Shown: positions 1-8,218, numbered from the stretch's first letter. The stretch: 29,442 nt of DNA from a virus (IMGVR_UViG_3300033067_000453:1-29442); one strand, 5' to 3'. Notes: generated by a model not told the origin, from the sequence alone. A program made the numbers and translations.

Positions 1-2
1 AC

Positions 3-530
3 AACTTCGTGGCTGACACGCCGGAAAAGGCGAAGGCGCTGGAGGTGGCCCGCGAGTTTGTCGAAAACTTCGACACCCACGCGCGCCGCGGCTCCAGCCT
101 GATCTTTTCCGGGCTGCCGGGCACCGGGAAAAGCCATCTGGCCACCGCAGTGCTGCAAGCCCTGATGCCTGAGCGTGTCGGGCTTTACACCACAGTCATG
201 GGCGTCATCCGGGCCGTTCGCGGCACCTGGCGCAAGGATTCCGAGCGCAGCGAAACCGATGTACTGGACACCCTAGGCGGCGTGCCGCTGCTGGTGCTGG
301 ACGAAATCGGCGTGCAGTACGGCACCGATGGCGAGCAGACCATCCTGTTTGATGTGCTGGACCGGCGTTATCGGGACATGATGCCCACGATCTTCCTGAC
401 GAATCAGGACGTGAAGGGCATGCAGCAGTACATCGGCGAACGGACGTTCGACCGGCTGCGCGAGGTGTCCAAGTGGGTCACGTTCGACTGGCCCAGCCAC
501 CGCCCGACAGCGCGCAAGGAGGCTGCATGA
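3..530 (+). CDS. DnaC/IstB-like AAA+ helicase loader (5'-truncated by window edge)
   Basis: Walker A GLPGTGKS, Walker B LLVLDEIG, 'TIFLTN' and 'ERTFDRL' motifs. Frame stays open upstream of the GTG at 9. Confidence 0.9.
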   Translation, partial: NFVADTPEKAKALEVAREFVENFDTHARRGSSLIFSGLPGTGKSHLATAVLQALMPERVGLYTTVMGVIRAVRGTWRKDSERSETDVLDTLGGVPLLVLDEIGVQYGTDGEQTILFDVLDRRYRDMMPTIFLTNQDVKGMQQYIGERTFDRLREVSKWVTFDWPSHRPTARKEAA

Positions 531-766
531 ACACCATCCCCTACACCGTGTGCGACGGCGGCATCTGCTACGCGCCCGAGGGCCACCGCGCCGGGTATGC
601 CAGCGAAGTGCGCGAGGCGATGGCCGTGCTTGACCGGGCGGCAGAGGGTGAGCCTGTTTCGCCATCGGTCATCAACCGCGCGCTGTACCTGACCGGGGAT
701 GCAACGGCATCCGGCCTGCCGCGAATGTGGTCGGCGCCGGCGCAAGTGATGGAGGCCGCACGGTGA
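527..766 (+). CDS. Hypothetical phage protein (79 aa, MNTIPYTVC...)
   Basis: ATGA overlap with upstream stop; AAGGAGG RBS at 516-522; GTGA overlap with next gene. Confidence 0.7.
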   Translation: MNTIPYTVCDGGICYAPEGHRAGYASEVREAMAVLDRAAEGEPVSPSVINRALYLTGDATASGLPRMWSAPAQVMEAAR

Positions 767-1071
767 AACGCATCTACATCGCCGGTCCCATGACCAACCT
801 GCCAGCCCTGAATTTCCCCGCCTTCCACGCCGAGGCCGCCCGCCTGCGCGCGCTGGGGTATGAGGTGGTCAACCCGGCAGAGGTGAACGCCAACCCGTCC
901 GCTGGCTGGCATGCCTGCATGCGTGCAGACATTGCCCAGCTTGTCACCTGTGACGCCGTGCGCCTGCTGGACGGCTGGGAAAGCAGCCGCGGCGCATCGC
1001 TAGAGGCCCACATTGCGCACAGCCTGGACATGCGGCTGGTGTATCCGGGTGAAGAACTGGAGGCTGCATGA
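763..1071 (+). CDS. DUF4406-family protein (nucleoside 2-deoxyribosyltransferase-like fold)
   Basis: KRIYIAGPMT, NFPAF, VVNPAE and CDAVRLLDGWESSRGASLE motifs. GTG start at 763 with GGAGG RBS. Confidence 0.85.
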   Translation: MKRIYIAGPMTNLPALNFPAFHAEAARLRALGYEVVNPAEVNANPSAGWHACMRADIAQLVTCDAVRLLDGWESSRGASLEAHIAHSLDMRLVYPGEELEAA

Positions 1072-1250
1072 CCCGCTGCACCCGCTGCGGCCGCACCCTG
1101 AAGGCACCGACAGCATCAGGCTTGGGTCCCACCTGCGAAAGGTACGTGCTCGGCAGCAAGCCCAAGCGCCCGCCCGCGGTAGAGCGCCAGGCGGTGAAGC
1201 GGGATGAACGGACTGCGGATCTGTTTGAGGGGGTTTCATGCGTGTCCTGA
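1068..1250 (+). CDS. Small Cys-finger protein, DUF6011-like
   Basis: CTRCGRTL...GLGPTC pattern; ATGA coupling with GGAGG RBS. Confidence 0.65.
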   Translation: MTRCTRCGRTLKAPTASGLGPTCERYVLGSKPKRPPAVERQAVKRDERTADLFEGVSCVS

Positions 1251-1843
1251 TCGCCTGCGAATACAGCGGCGCCGTGCGCGACGCCTTCATTGCCCTCGGA
1301 CACGATGCCATGTCCTGCGACCTGCTGCCCACCGATGCTCCGGGGCCGCACTATCAAGGCGACGTGCGGGACGTGATCGGCAGCGGCTGGGATTTGATGA
1401 TCGCGCACCCGCCCTGCACGCATCTGGCCGTTTCTGGTGCCCGGCACTTTGCCGCAAAACGGGCGGATGGCCGGCAGCAGGAGGGCATCGACTTTTTCAT
1501 GATGCTGGCGCGCGCCGACGTGCCGCGGTACGCCATCGAAAACCCGGTTTGCATCATGTCCAGCATCTGGCGCAAGCCGGATCAGGTGATCCAGCCTTGG
1601 CAGTTTGGCCACGGTGAAACCAAGGCGACATGCCTCTGGCTGAAAGGCCTGCCGAAGCTGACGCCGACCAACATCGTAGAAGGCCGCGCCGACCGCATCC
1701 ACAAGATGCCGCCCAGCCCGGACCGCTGGAAGCTGCGCAGCGCGACCTACGCCGGCATTGCGGCCGCGATGGCTGAGCAGTGGGGCGGATGCGTGGAGCC
1801 GGCGACCCCAAAAACGCTGGATCTGTTTGCGGAGGCCGCGTGA
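1238..1843 (+). CDS. Short phage-type DNA (cytosine-5) methyltransferase
   Basis: VLIACEYSG (motif I variant), MIAHPPCT (catalytic PC), IENPV (motif VI), QPWQFGH..KAT, RSATYAGIAAAMAEQWG. GAGGGG RBS. Confidence 0.85.
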   Translation: MRVLIACEYSGAVRDAFIALGHDAMSCDLLPTDAPGPHYQGDVRDVIGSGWDLMIAHPPCTHLAVSGARHFAAKRADGRQQEGIDFFMMLARADVPRYAIENPVCIMSSIWRKPDQVIQPWQFGHGETKATCLWLKGLPKLTPTNIVEGRADRIHKMPPSPDRWKLRSATYAGIAAAMAEQWGGCVEPATPKTLDLFAEAA

Positions 1844-2355
1844 CCGACATCCTCAACCGCGTAGAGCTGCACAACCCCGACCAGGCGCGTGCGGTTCTCA
1901 AGTCGCACACCCTGCCATGGGTAGGCGAGCAGCTGGAGCAGGGGCGGGCGCTGGTGGCTGAGTTTCGGCTGCTGGAAGACGACATTACCGACAAGCAGCG
2001 CAAGTACCTGCACGGGGTTGTGTTGACCGAGATCGCGCAGTACGCCCGCCCAAACGGCCAGCAGTTCCCCATGCCAGTCTGGAAAGAGCATTTCCGCGCG
2101 GAATTCCTGGGCTTCAAGGTCGTGACCAGCATCAACCCGCTGACCGGCCGCAAGCACCGCCGCCGCCAGCGGGTCAGCACGGAAGACCTGGGCATTCGGG
2201 CCATGGCCGAGTACATCGACCGGATCATCGCCTACGCCGCCACCGAGCTGGGAGTGGAGGTATCCGAGCCCCTGCCGCCAGAGCTTCGGGGAAAGCGCAA
2301 GCGGGACCGGGCACCGGTTGACCAGGACACCGGGGAAGTGATGGTGACGGCATGA
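1840..2355 (+). CDS. NinB/Orf-like recombination accessory protein
   Basis: TDKQRKYLHG..LTEIAQ, WKEHF and STEDL..MAEYIDRIIAYAA..GV pattern. GTGA overlap, GGAGG RBS, located upstream of ninG. Confidence 0.7.
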   Translation: MTDILNRVELHNPDQARAVLKSHTLPWVGEQLEQGRALVAEFRLLEDDITDKQRKYLHGVVLTEIAQYARPNGQQFPMPVWKEHFRAEFLGFKVVTSINPLTGRKHRRRQRVSTEDLGIRAMAEYIDRIIAYAATELGVEVSEPLPPELRGKRKRDRAPVDQDTGEVMVTA

Positions 2356-2570
2356 CCATCGTTTCCTTCAAGCCAGTAGCAGAACAAGTGCAGGGTGGCG
2401 TCACCCACGCGCAGGCGATGGAAATTGGCCGGCGCTTTTTGTCTGAGAGCGACGCAGCGCCGACCATCGCACACGCCATGCAGGTGCCGTACGAAACCGT
2501 GTGCGCTGTTTTGGGTGGCCGTCTGTGGCCTGGCGTTCGGCGGTATTGGCTGGATAGGTGCCTGCCATGA
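2352..2570 (+). CDS. Hypothetical protein, possible HTH
   Basis: ATGA overlaps at both ends; 'APTIAHAMQVPYETVCAVLGGR' is HTH-like. Confidence 0.6.
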   Translation: MTIVSFKPVAEQVQGGVTHAQAMEIGRRFLSESDAAPTIAHAMQVPYETVCAVLGGRLWPGVRRYWLDRCLP

Positions 2571-3151
2571 CCCTGCGACGCACCCCCATGACCAAGAAGC
2601 CCGGAAAGTGCCCCCACTGCCGTGAGCGCCTGCCCAAGCTGGGGGACAAGATCCACCCGGACTGCGTGGGGCCATGGTACGAGGCCAACCGGGACAAGCT
2701 GCGGGCAAAGGCGGTGCGGGCGGAAAAGCGGCAGGACCGGGAAAAGCGCGAAGCGGGCAAGTCAATCCGCAAGCTGATCGCAGAGGCGCAAACCGCCTTC
2801 AATGCCTTCATTCGCACCCGTGACGCCAAGCAGCCCTGCATCTGCTGCGGCAAGCCGTTTGAGCCCCAGCGCCCAGGCGGTTCGATGGACGCGGGCCACT
2901 ACATGAGCCGGGGAAGCTCCTGCCAGCTTCGATTCGATGAGGCGAATGTCCACGGCCAGCGCAAGAACTGCAACAGGCCGGGCGGCACCACCCGCGCCAG
3001 CTTTCGCGCCGGGATGATCGCCCGCGTTGGGCTGGCAGAGGTTGAGCGGCTGGAAAGGGATGACGGCGTGCACAAGTGGACACACGACGAACTCCGCGCC
3101 ATCCGGGACCAATACAAGGCCAAGGCCAAAGAACTGAAAGCGAAGCAATGA
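2567..3151 (+). CDS. ninG: NinG/Rap-family recombination endonuclease
   Basis: N-terminal CPHC, EAQTAFNAFIRTRD..PCICCG, DAGHYMSRGS..LRFDEANVHGQ..CN, and GMIARVG..EVERLE. Confidence 0.88.
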   Translation: MTLRRTPMTKKPGKCPHCRERLPKLGDKIHPDCVGPWYEANRDKLRAKAVRAEKRQDREKREAGKSIRKLIAEAQTAFNAFIRTRDAKQPCICCGKPFEPQRPGGSMDAGHYMSRGSSCQLRFDEANVHGQRKNCNRPGGTTRASFRAGMIARVGLAEVERLERDDGVHKWTHDELRAIRDQYKAKAKELKAKQ

Positions 3152-3426
3152 GCCTCATCAAGCAAGTTTCCGCCGCCATCATCGAGCGCGGCACAGGAAC
3201 GTCAGAAGACATCCTTCACCTGTTCCCACATGTATCTGCAGTTCAGGTGCGCCATGCCCTGGCCAACGCATGCCGGACCGGCCAGCTTCGCAGCCTCAAG
3301 CACGGCGCAGGGCTCGGGCGCGGGAAAGGCCGATTGCCCACGCTGTACGGGCCACCCCAAGCAGATGTCACGCCGCCATTGAATCGCCGGATGCCCGTCA
3401 ATTCTGTTTGGGCACTGGCAGCATGA
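3148..3426 (+). CDS. Hypothetical protein, possible winged-helix
   Basis: ATG at 3148 overlaps the ninG stop. TSEDILHLFPHVSAVQVRHALANAC is wHTH-like; ends PVNSVWALAA. Confidence 0.65.
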   Translation: MSLIKQVSAAIIERGTGTSEDILHLFPHVSAVQVRHALANACRTGQLRSLKHGAGLGRGKGRLPTLYGPPQADVTPPLNRRMPVNSVWALAA

Positions 3427-3647
3427 CCTGCCAAACCTGCGCGCACTGGCAACTCAAAGGCGCGTACCTGGCTGAGCATGGCTTTGGCCGCTGCAAGCTG
3501 GAAAAGCCCCCATTTGACCGGGCGCGCGAGTTCTCAGCTCAGGCGCAGTGCAACAAAAACAGCTTCCACCAGGCTGACGTAGTGGTCATTGACGCGCGTC
3601 TCCGCGCGCTGGGTACGCACGACAAAAAAAAGGGGTCACACACTTGA
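3423..3647 (+). CDS. Small Cys-rich hypothetical protein (MTCQTCAHW...GFGRC...C)
   Basis: ATGA overlap; CxxC..C..C pattern typical of small phage metal-binding proteins. Confidence 0.65.
   Translation: MTCQTCAHWQLKGAYLAEHGFGRCKLEKPPFDRAREFSAQAQCNKNSFHQADVVVIDARLRALGTHDKKKGSHT
3613..3644 (+). promoter_or_regulatory. Putative late promoter, copy 1 (divergent): GTACGCACG-N17-CACACT
   Basis: 7/9 match to the upstream box of the other four copies, same 17-nt spacer and xAxAxT hexamer. Precedes the HTH-TerS-TerL unit. Confidence 0.6.
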
Positions 3648-3661
3648 CGAAATGTCCAATC

Positions 3662-4165
3662 ATGAAACGCGACATCGAGCCATTGCTGACAGAATTGCTG
3701 GCCCGCTGGCACCGCTGGGCAAGCAGTCCCGTGCAGGTGGAAGACACGATGCTGCGGGACTTCGACGCGCTCGTGTCGAAGCTTTCGCCGCGGCTGCGCG
3801 CCGCGATCGTGCTGCAGGGTCGAAACGCGGCCGGTGGTGCGCAGGTGTGGTCGTCATACCGCGTGGACGCCGCCACTGCGAGGCGGGCCCGGGCGTGTTT
3901 GCGCGAGGCGCTGTCGCTTGACCATGTGCGCTGGTTTGGCCCCGAGCGCATCAAGGTAAACGCGCGCGGCAACCGCATTGGCGAGTCCAACCCACGCGCC
4001 GAATTGCCCGACGCGGATGTCGAGCGACTGCTTGAACTGCGGGCCGAGGGCTACAGCTACGGCTGGCTGTCCCGCAAGTTCGAGGTGCCAAAGTCCACGG
4101 TGCAAGCATGGTGCAACGGTCAGCGGCGCGGGCAAACCGTCGCGCGGGTCAAGGTGCTCGAATGA
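3662..4165 (+). CDS. Putative transcription regulator: Q-like N-terminal part fused to a C-terminal HTH
   Basis: N-terminal LLTELLARWHRWA helix. C-terminal GESNPRAELPDADVERLLELRAEGYSYGWLSRKFEVPKSTVQAWCNG HTH. Sits directly before TerS. ATG 3662 preferred over TTG 3644. Confidence 0.6.
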   Translation: MKRDIEPLLTELLARWHRWASSPVQVEDTMLRDFDALVSKLSPRLRAAIVLQGRNAAGGAQVWSSYRVDAATARRARACLREALSLDHVRWFGPERIKVNARGNRIGESNPRAELPDADVERLLELRAEGYSYGWLSRKFEVPKSTVQAWCNGQRRGQTVARVKVLE

Positions 4166-4653
4166 AAAAAAAAGCCGAAGCAAAAGTCGTGCCGCCAAAA
4201 CGTCCACGGGGACGGCAATCTACATTTGACGCCGCCAAGGCTGCGTTGATCTGCGAGCGCCTGAGCAAAGGGGAACCTCTGGCCTGGATTTGCCGCGATT
4301 CCGGTATGCCAAAAGTTCGCACTGTTAGTGACTGGAAGACGGCAAATGAAGAGTTTGCTGCCGACTTCGCGCGCGCGCGTGATGATGGTTTTGACGCCCT
4401 GGCCGCATCGTGCCTCGAAATTGCAAACACGCCATTGGAAGGTATCAGGATGGAGGTCGGCGATGACGGCAAGACAAAAGAGGTGCGCGAAGACATGCTC
4501 GGTCATCGAAAGCTGCAGATTGAGACTCGGCTGAAGCTGCTGGCGCGATGGGACCCGAAGCGCTACGGCGAGAAAATACAGCAGGAGCATTCCGGCGAAA
4601 TAGGCGTCCGTAACTTGGCCGAGCGCATGCGCAACCGCAAGGCGGCAAAGTGA
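4162..4653 (+). CDS. Terminase small subunit (Sf6 gp1-like)
   Basis: GRQSTF..ICERLSKGEPL..ICRDSGMP..RTVSDW, FARAR..GFDALA, RKLQIETRLKLLARWDPKRYG. Immediately upstream of TerL. Confidence 0.9.
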   Translation: MKKKAEAKVVPPKRPRGRQSTFDAAKAALICERLSKGEPLAWICRDSGMPKVRTVSDWKTANEEFAADFARARDDGFDALAASCLEIANTPLEGIRMEVGDDGKTKEVREDMLGHRKLQIETRLKLLARWDPKRYGEKIQQEHSGEIGVRNLAERMRNRKAAK

Positions 4654-6125
4654 CCGACGAGGACATTGACCACATCCTGAGCTTCCAGCACGACCCATTG
4701 GGCTACGTGCAGCAAGTCTATCCGTGGCGCGAGGCAGGCGAACTGCACGACACGCCCGGGCCGCGCCAGTGGCAGGCCGAGGTGCTGGCTGACATCGGCG
4801 AACACCTGCAGGACCCCGCCACGCGCCACCAACCGCTGCGAATCGCGGTGGCTTCCGGGCATGGCATCGGCAAGTCGGCGCTGATCGCCAAGATCACGAA
4901 GTGGGCGCTGGACACGATGGTCGACACGCGCGTCGTGATCACGGCCAACACCGATAACCAGCTGCGCAACAAGACCTGGCCCGAAGTCTCGAAGTGGGCA
5001 CGGCTCGCTGAGACGAAGGACTGGCACAAGGTGACCGCCACGGCAGTCTACAGCGCTGATCCTGACGCAGAAAAAAGCTGGCGCGCGGATGCGATCCCGT
5101 GGTCCGACACGAACACTGAGGCGTTCGCCGGCCTGCACAACAAGGGTCGGCGCATCGTGCTGATTTTTGACGAGGCATCAGCCATCGCCGACAAGGTGTG
5201 GGAAGTGGCCGAGGGCGCACTCACCGACGAGGACACCGAGATCATTTGGATTGCGTTCGGCAACCCGACGCGCAACACCGGCCGCTTTCGCGAATGCTTC
5301 CGCCGCTACAGGCATCTGTGGCGCTGCCGGCAGATTGATAGCCGCACCGTCGAAGGTACCAACAAGGCCTACCTTGACGAGATCGTCAAGACGTACGGCG
5401 AAGAGAGCGACATCGTCAAGGTGCGCGTGCGCGGACAGTTTCCCAGCCAGTCGGCCAAGCAGTTCATTGGCACCGATGACGTGGACGCGGCGCGCGCTCG
5501 CCACCTGCGGCCCGAGCAGTACCAGTGGGCGCCGGTGATCCTGACCTGTGACCCAGCATGGGAGGGTGATGACGAGTTGGTGATCAGCAAGCGGCAGGGC
5601 CTGCACTTCAAGGTGCTGCGCACCATCCCGAAAAATGACAACGACCTGCAGGTGGCCGCCATCCTGGCCCAGCTGGAGGACGAGCACGAGGCAGATGCTG
5701 TGTTCGTGGACGCGGGCTACGGCACTGGCATTGTCAGCGCGGGCCGCACGCAGGGCCGCAACTGGCAGCTGGTGTGGTTCAGCGCGGCCGCCACCAAACC
5801 AGGTTTCAAGAACAAGCGGGCCGAGATGTGGAGCGATGCCCGGGACTGGATCAAAGCTGGCGGTGCGATCGACCCAAACGACCAGGTACTCTATGACGAC
5901 CTGATCAGCCCCGAGACCGTGGCCACGCTGGACGGCACGGTGCAGCTGGAGAGCAAAAAAGACATGAAGGCCCGCGGGCTGCCGTCCCCTGGCCGTGGCG
6001 ACTCGCTGGCCCTGAGCTTCGCCTTTCCGGTCTCCAAAAAGGCGATCGGCATGGCAGAGCGTGCCCGTATGCGCGACAAGCAGCGGCGTGAACACAATCC
6101 GTACAAGTCAACTGGCCGGAGATAG
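4650..6125 (+). CDS. Terminase large subunit
   Basis: PRQWQ Q-motif, Walker A SGHGIGKS, Walker B LIFDEAS, FGNPTRNTG coupling motif, RNase H-like nuclease (TCDPAWEGDD, VDAGYG, SPGRGDSLAL). Confidence 0.96.
   Translation: MTDEDIDHILSFQHDPLGYVQQVYPWREAGELHDTPGPRQWQAEVLADIGEHLQDPATRHQPLRIAVASGHGIGKSALIAKITKWALDTMVDTRVVITANTDNQLRNKTWPEVSKWARLAETKDWHKVTATAVYSADPDAEKSWRADAIPWSDTNTEAFAGLHNKGRRIVLIFDEASAIADKVWEVAEGALTDEDTEIIWIAFGNPTRNTGRFRECFRRYRHLWRCRQIDSRTVEGTNKAYLDEIVKTYGEESDIVKVRVRGQFPSQSAKQFIGTDDVDAARARHLRPEQYQWAPVILTCDPAWEGDDELVISKRQGLHFKVLRTIPKNDNDLQVAAILAQLEDEHEADAVFVDAGYGTGIVSAGRTQGRNWQLVWFSAAATKPGFKNKRAEMWSDARDWIKAGGAIDPNDQVLYDDLISPETVATLDGTVQLESKKDMKARGLPSPGRGDSLALSFAFPVSKKAIGMAERARMRDKQRREHNPYKSTGRR
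6067..6098 (+). promoter_or_regulatory. Putative late promoter, copy 2: GTATGCGCG-N17-CACAAT
   Basis: Exact 9-mer with CC prefix, 17-nt spacer and -10-like hexamer. Lies in the terL 3' end, 30 nt before the next gene. Confidence 0.75.
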
Positions 6126-6128
6126 TTC

Positions 6129-6449
6129 ATGTGCACAGGCCTTGAGCCTTTGTTTGCTTTCGCGGGCTCAGCGGCCCCTGCCTTGGCCACCGTTGCGGGG
6201 GCCGCGGGGGCGGGGTTGTTGGCAAAGCAGGCCGTGCCTAAACAGCCTCCGGCTGTTCAGCCCCTAACCGCTGCCGACAAGCCCCAGACCGCAAAGGGCC
6301 CAGACCGGGCCGTGGTCAACGCGCAAAACACCGCGCTGACTGCCGCTGCTGGCGCCAAGGCCGGCAACGCGGGCACGTTCCTGACCGGCCCGTCGGGCAT
6401 TGACGCGTCCACGCTCAACCTGGGCAAGAACACGCTGCTGGGCGAATAG
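6129..6449 (+). CDS. Small virion-associated protein upstream of portal (MC... start, LLGE end)
   Basis: GGAGA RBS; Ala/Gly-rich; TFLTGPSG...KNTLLG C-terminus typical of the pre-portal gene in BPP-1/epsilon15-like phages. Confidence 0.75.
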   Translation: MCTGLEPLFAFAGSAAPALATVAGAAGAGLLAKQAVPKQPPAVQPLTAADKPQTAKGPDRAVVNAQNTALTAAAGAKAGNAGTFLTGPSGIDASTLNLGKNTLLGE

Positions 6450-8158
6450 TGGCTGACCCTATCACCACGAAACAAAAGGTACTCAAGCGCATCGGTGCGC
6501 TGGAGACCGAGCGTTCCAGCTGGATGACCCACTGGCAGGACATCAACCGCGTGCTGCTGCCGCGCACCGGCCAGTTCAATTCGACGGACGCCAACCGCGG
6601 CGACCGCCGCAACGAAGACATTCTGGACAACACGGCCACCATGGCCATCGGCACGCTGGCCGCCGGCATGCAGTCCGGCATGACCAGTCCGGCCAGGCCC
6701 TGGCTCAAGCTGGAGACCGCCGACACCGACCTGATGAACGTCAAAGCCGTTTCGCTGTGGCTGGACCAGGTCACGCAGAAGCTGCGCACGGTGTTCAGCC
6801 GGTCCAACACCTACCGGGCGCTGCACGGCATGTATGCCGAGCTTGGAGCCTACGGCACCGCGCCGGCCGTGGTGCTGCCCGACTTTCAGGACGTGATCCG
6901 CTTCTACCCGATGACGGTGGGCGAATACTGCCTGTCCACCGACGACCGGGGCGTGGTCAACACGATGTCGCGCAAGCTGCAGATGACGGTGGACCAGATC
7001 GTGCGCCGCTACGTCATGAAGGGCGGGCGGGAAGACTGGGCCGTGGTCTCGCCCACCATCAAAAACATGTGGGACCGCCACAACGTGGACAGCTGGATTC
7101 CGGTCGCGCACCTGATCCAGCCACGCAAAGACCGCGACACGCGAAAACTGGACGCCCGCAACATGCCGTTCGAGTCCATCATGCTGGAGACCGGCGGCAA
7201 CGATGACGCGCTGTTGTCCGAGTCGGGCTATCGACGATTCCCCGTGGTGGCGCCGCGCTGGTTCACCCGCGGACAGGACATCTACGGCAGCAACTGCCCA
7301 GGCATGACCGCGCTGGGCGACATCCTCCAGCTGCAGCAGGAACAATTGCGCAAAGGCCAGGCCATCGACTACATGGTCAAGCCCCCGCTGCAGGTGCCCA
7401 CCAGCCTGAAGAACAACGACGACGGCGATTTCCTGCCCGGTGGCGTGACATACGTGGACGCGGTAGGACCAGGAAACGCCGTGCGTTCAGCCTTCGACGT
7501 GCAGCTAAACCTGCAGCATCTGCTCGGCGACCTGCAGGACGTGCGCGCGCGCATCAACAGCGCGTTCTATGCCGACCTGTTCCTGTTCCTGGCGAACATC
7601 CAGGGCATCAAAGGCCAGATGACGGCGCGCGAGGTGGCCGAGATCCACGAGGAAAAGCTGCTGATGCTGGGCCCGGTGGTGGAAAACATCGAGACCGACG
7701 GCCTGGCGCCGGTGGTGGACATCACGTTCGACGCCTGCATGGAGGCTGGCATCCTGCCCCCGCCACCGCCTGAGCTGGCCGGCGGGATGGACCTGAACAT
7801 TGAATTTATCGGCCTGCTGTCCCAAGCCCAGCGGGCCGTCAGCATGGCCGGTGTGGACCGCATCATCGGCGCCACGGCGTCCATCGCGGCCGCCAAGCAA
7901 GACCCCAGTGTGTGGGACAAGATCGACACGGACGCCGTCATCGACAAGGCCGCTTCGTACGTGGGTGTGGATCCCGAAGTCATCCGCGGCGACGACGAGG
8001 TGGCCGCGATCCGCGAAGGCCGCGCCCAGGCGCAGCAGGCCGCTGCTGCTCAGGAACAGGCCGCCCGGGTTGCAGCCACAGCCAAAGACCTGGCCGGCGC
8101 CGACATGTCCACCGACAACGCCCTGACCAACGTGGTCAGGAGCTTTTCAGGAGCCTGA
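6449..8158 (+). CDS. Portal / head-to-tail connector protein
   Basis: LAAGMQSGMTSPARPW, YAELGAYGTA, PRW..DIYG..PGMTALGD, MTAREV..EEKLLMLGPVVE, PPPPPEL motifs; 569 aa. Confidence 0.95.
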   Translation: MADPITTKQKVLKRIGALETERSSWMTHWQDINRVLLPRTGQFNSTDANRGDRRNEDILDNTATMAIGTLAAGMQSGMTSPARPWLKLETADTDLMNVKAVSLWLDQVTQKLRTVFSRSNTYRALHGMYAELGAYGTAPAVVLPDFQDVIRFYPMTVGEYCLSTDDRGVVNTMSRKLQMTVDQIVRRYVMKGGREDWAVVSPTIKNMWDRHNVDSWIPVAHLIQPRKDRDTRKLDARNMPFESIMLETGGNDDALLSESGYRRFPVVAPRWFTRGQDIYGSNCPGMTALGDILQLQQEQLRKGQAIDYMVKPPLQVPTSLKNNDDGDFLPGGVTYVDAVGPGNAVRSAFDVQLNLQHLLGDLQDVRARINSAFYADLFLFLANIQGIKGQMTAREVAEIHEEKLLMLGPVVENIETDGLAPVVDITFDACMEAGILPPPPPELAGGMDLNIEFIGLLSQAQRAVSMAGVDRIIGATASIAAAKQDPSVWDKIDTDAVIDKAASYVGVDPEVIRGDDEVAAIREGRAQAQQAAAAQEQAARVAATAKDLAGADMSTDNALTNVVRSFSGA

Positions 8159-8218
8159 TCAGCCATGAATCCCTGACTAGTTGCCAGGAGTCTCCTCGCC
8201 GGCGTCAGTCGGTGTTTC

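Noticed and set aside
3589-3921. Alternative + frame ORF with ATG 3652 near the predicted TSS
   Set aside because: Arg/Ala-rich shadow-like composition; the overlapping 3662-4165 frame has recognisable domains.
4162-4175. Programmed -1 frameshift at A9G after the TerS start
   Set aside because: AAG is not in the zero frame and no clear stimulatory element is visible; kept only as a slippage tract.
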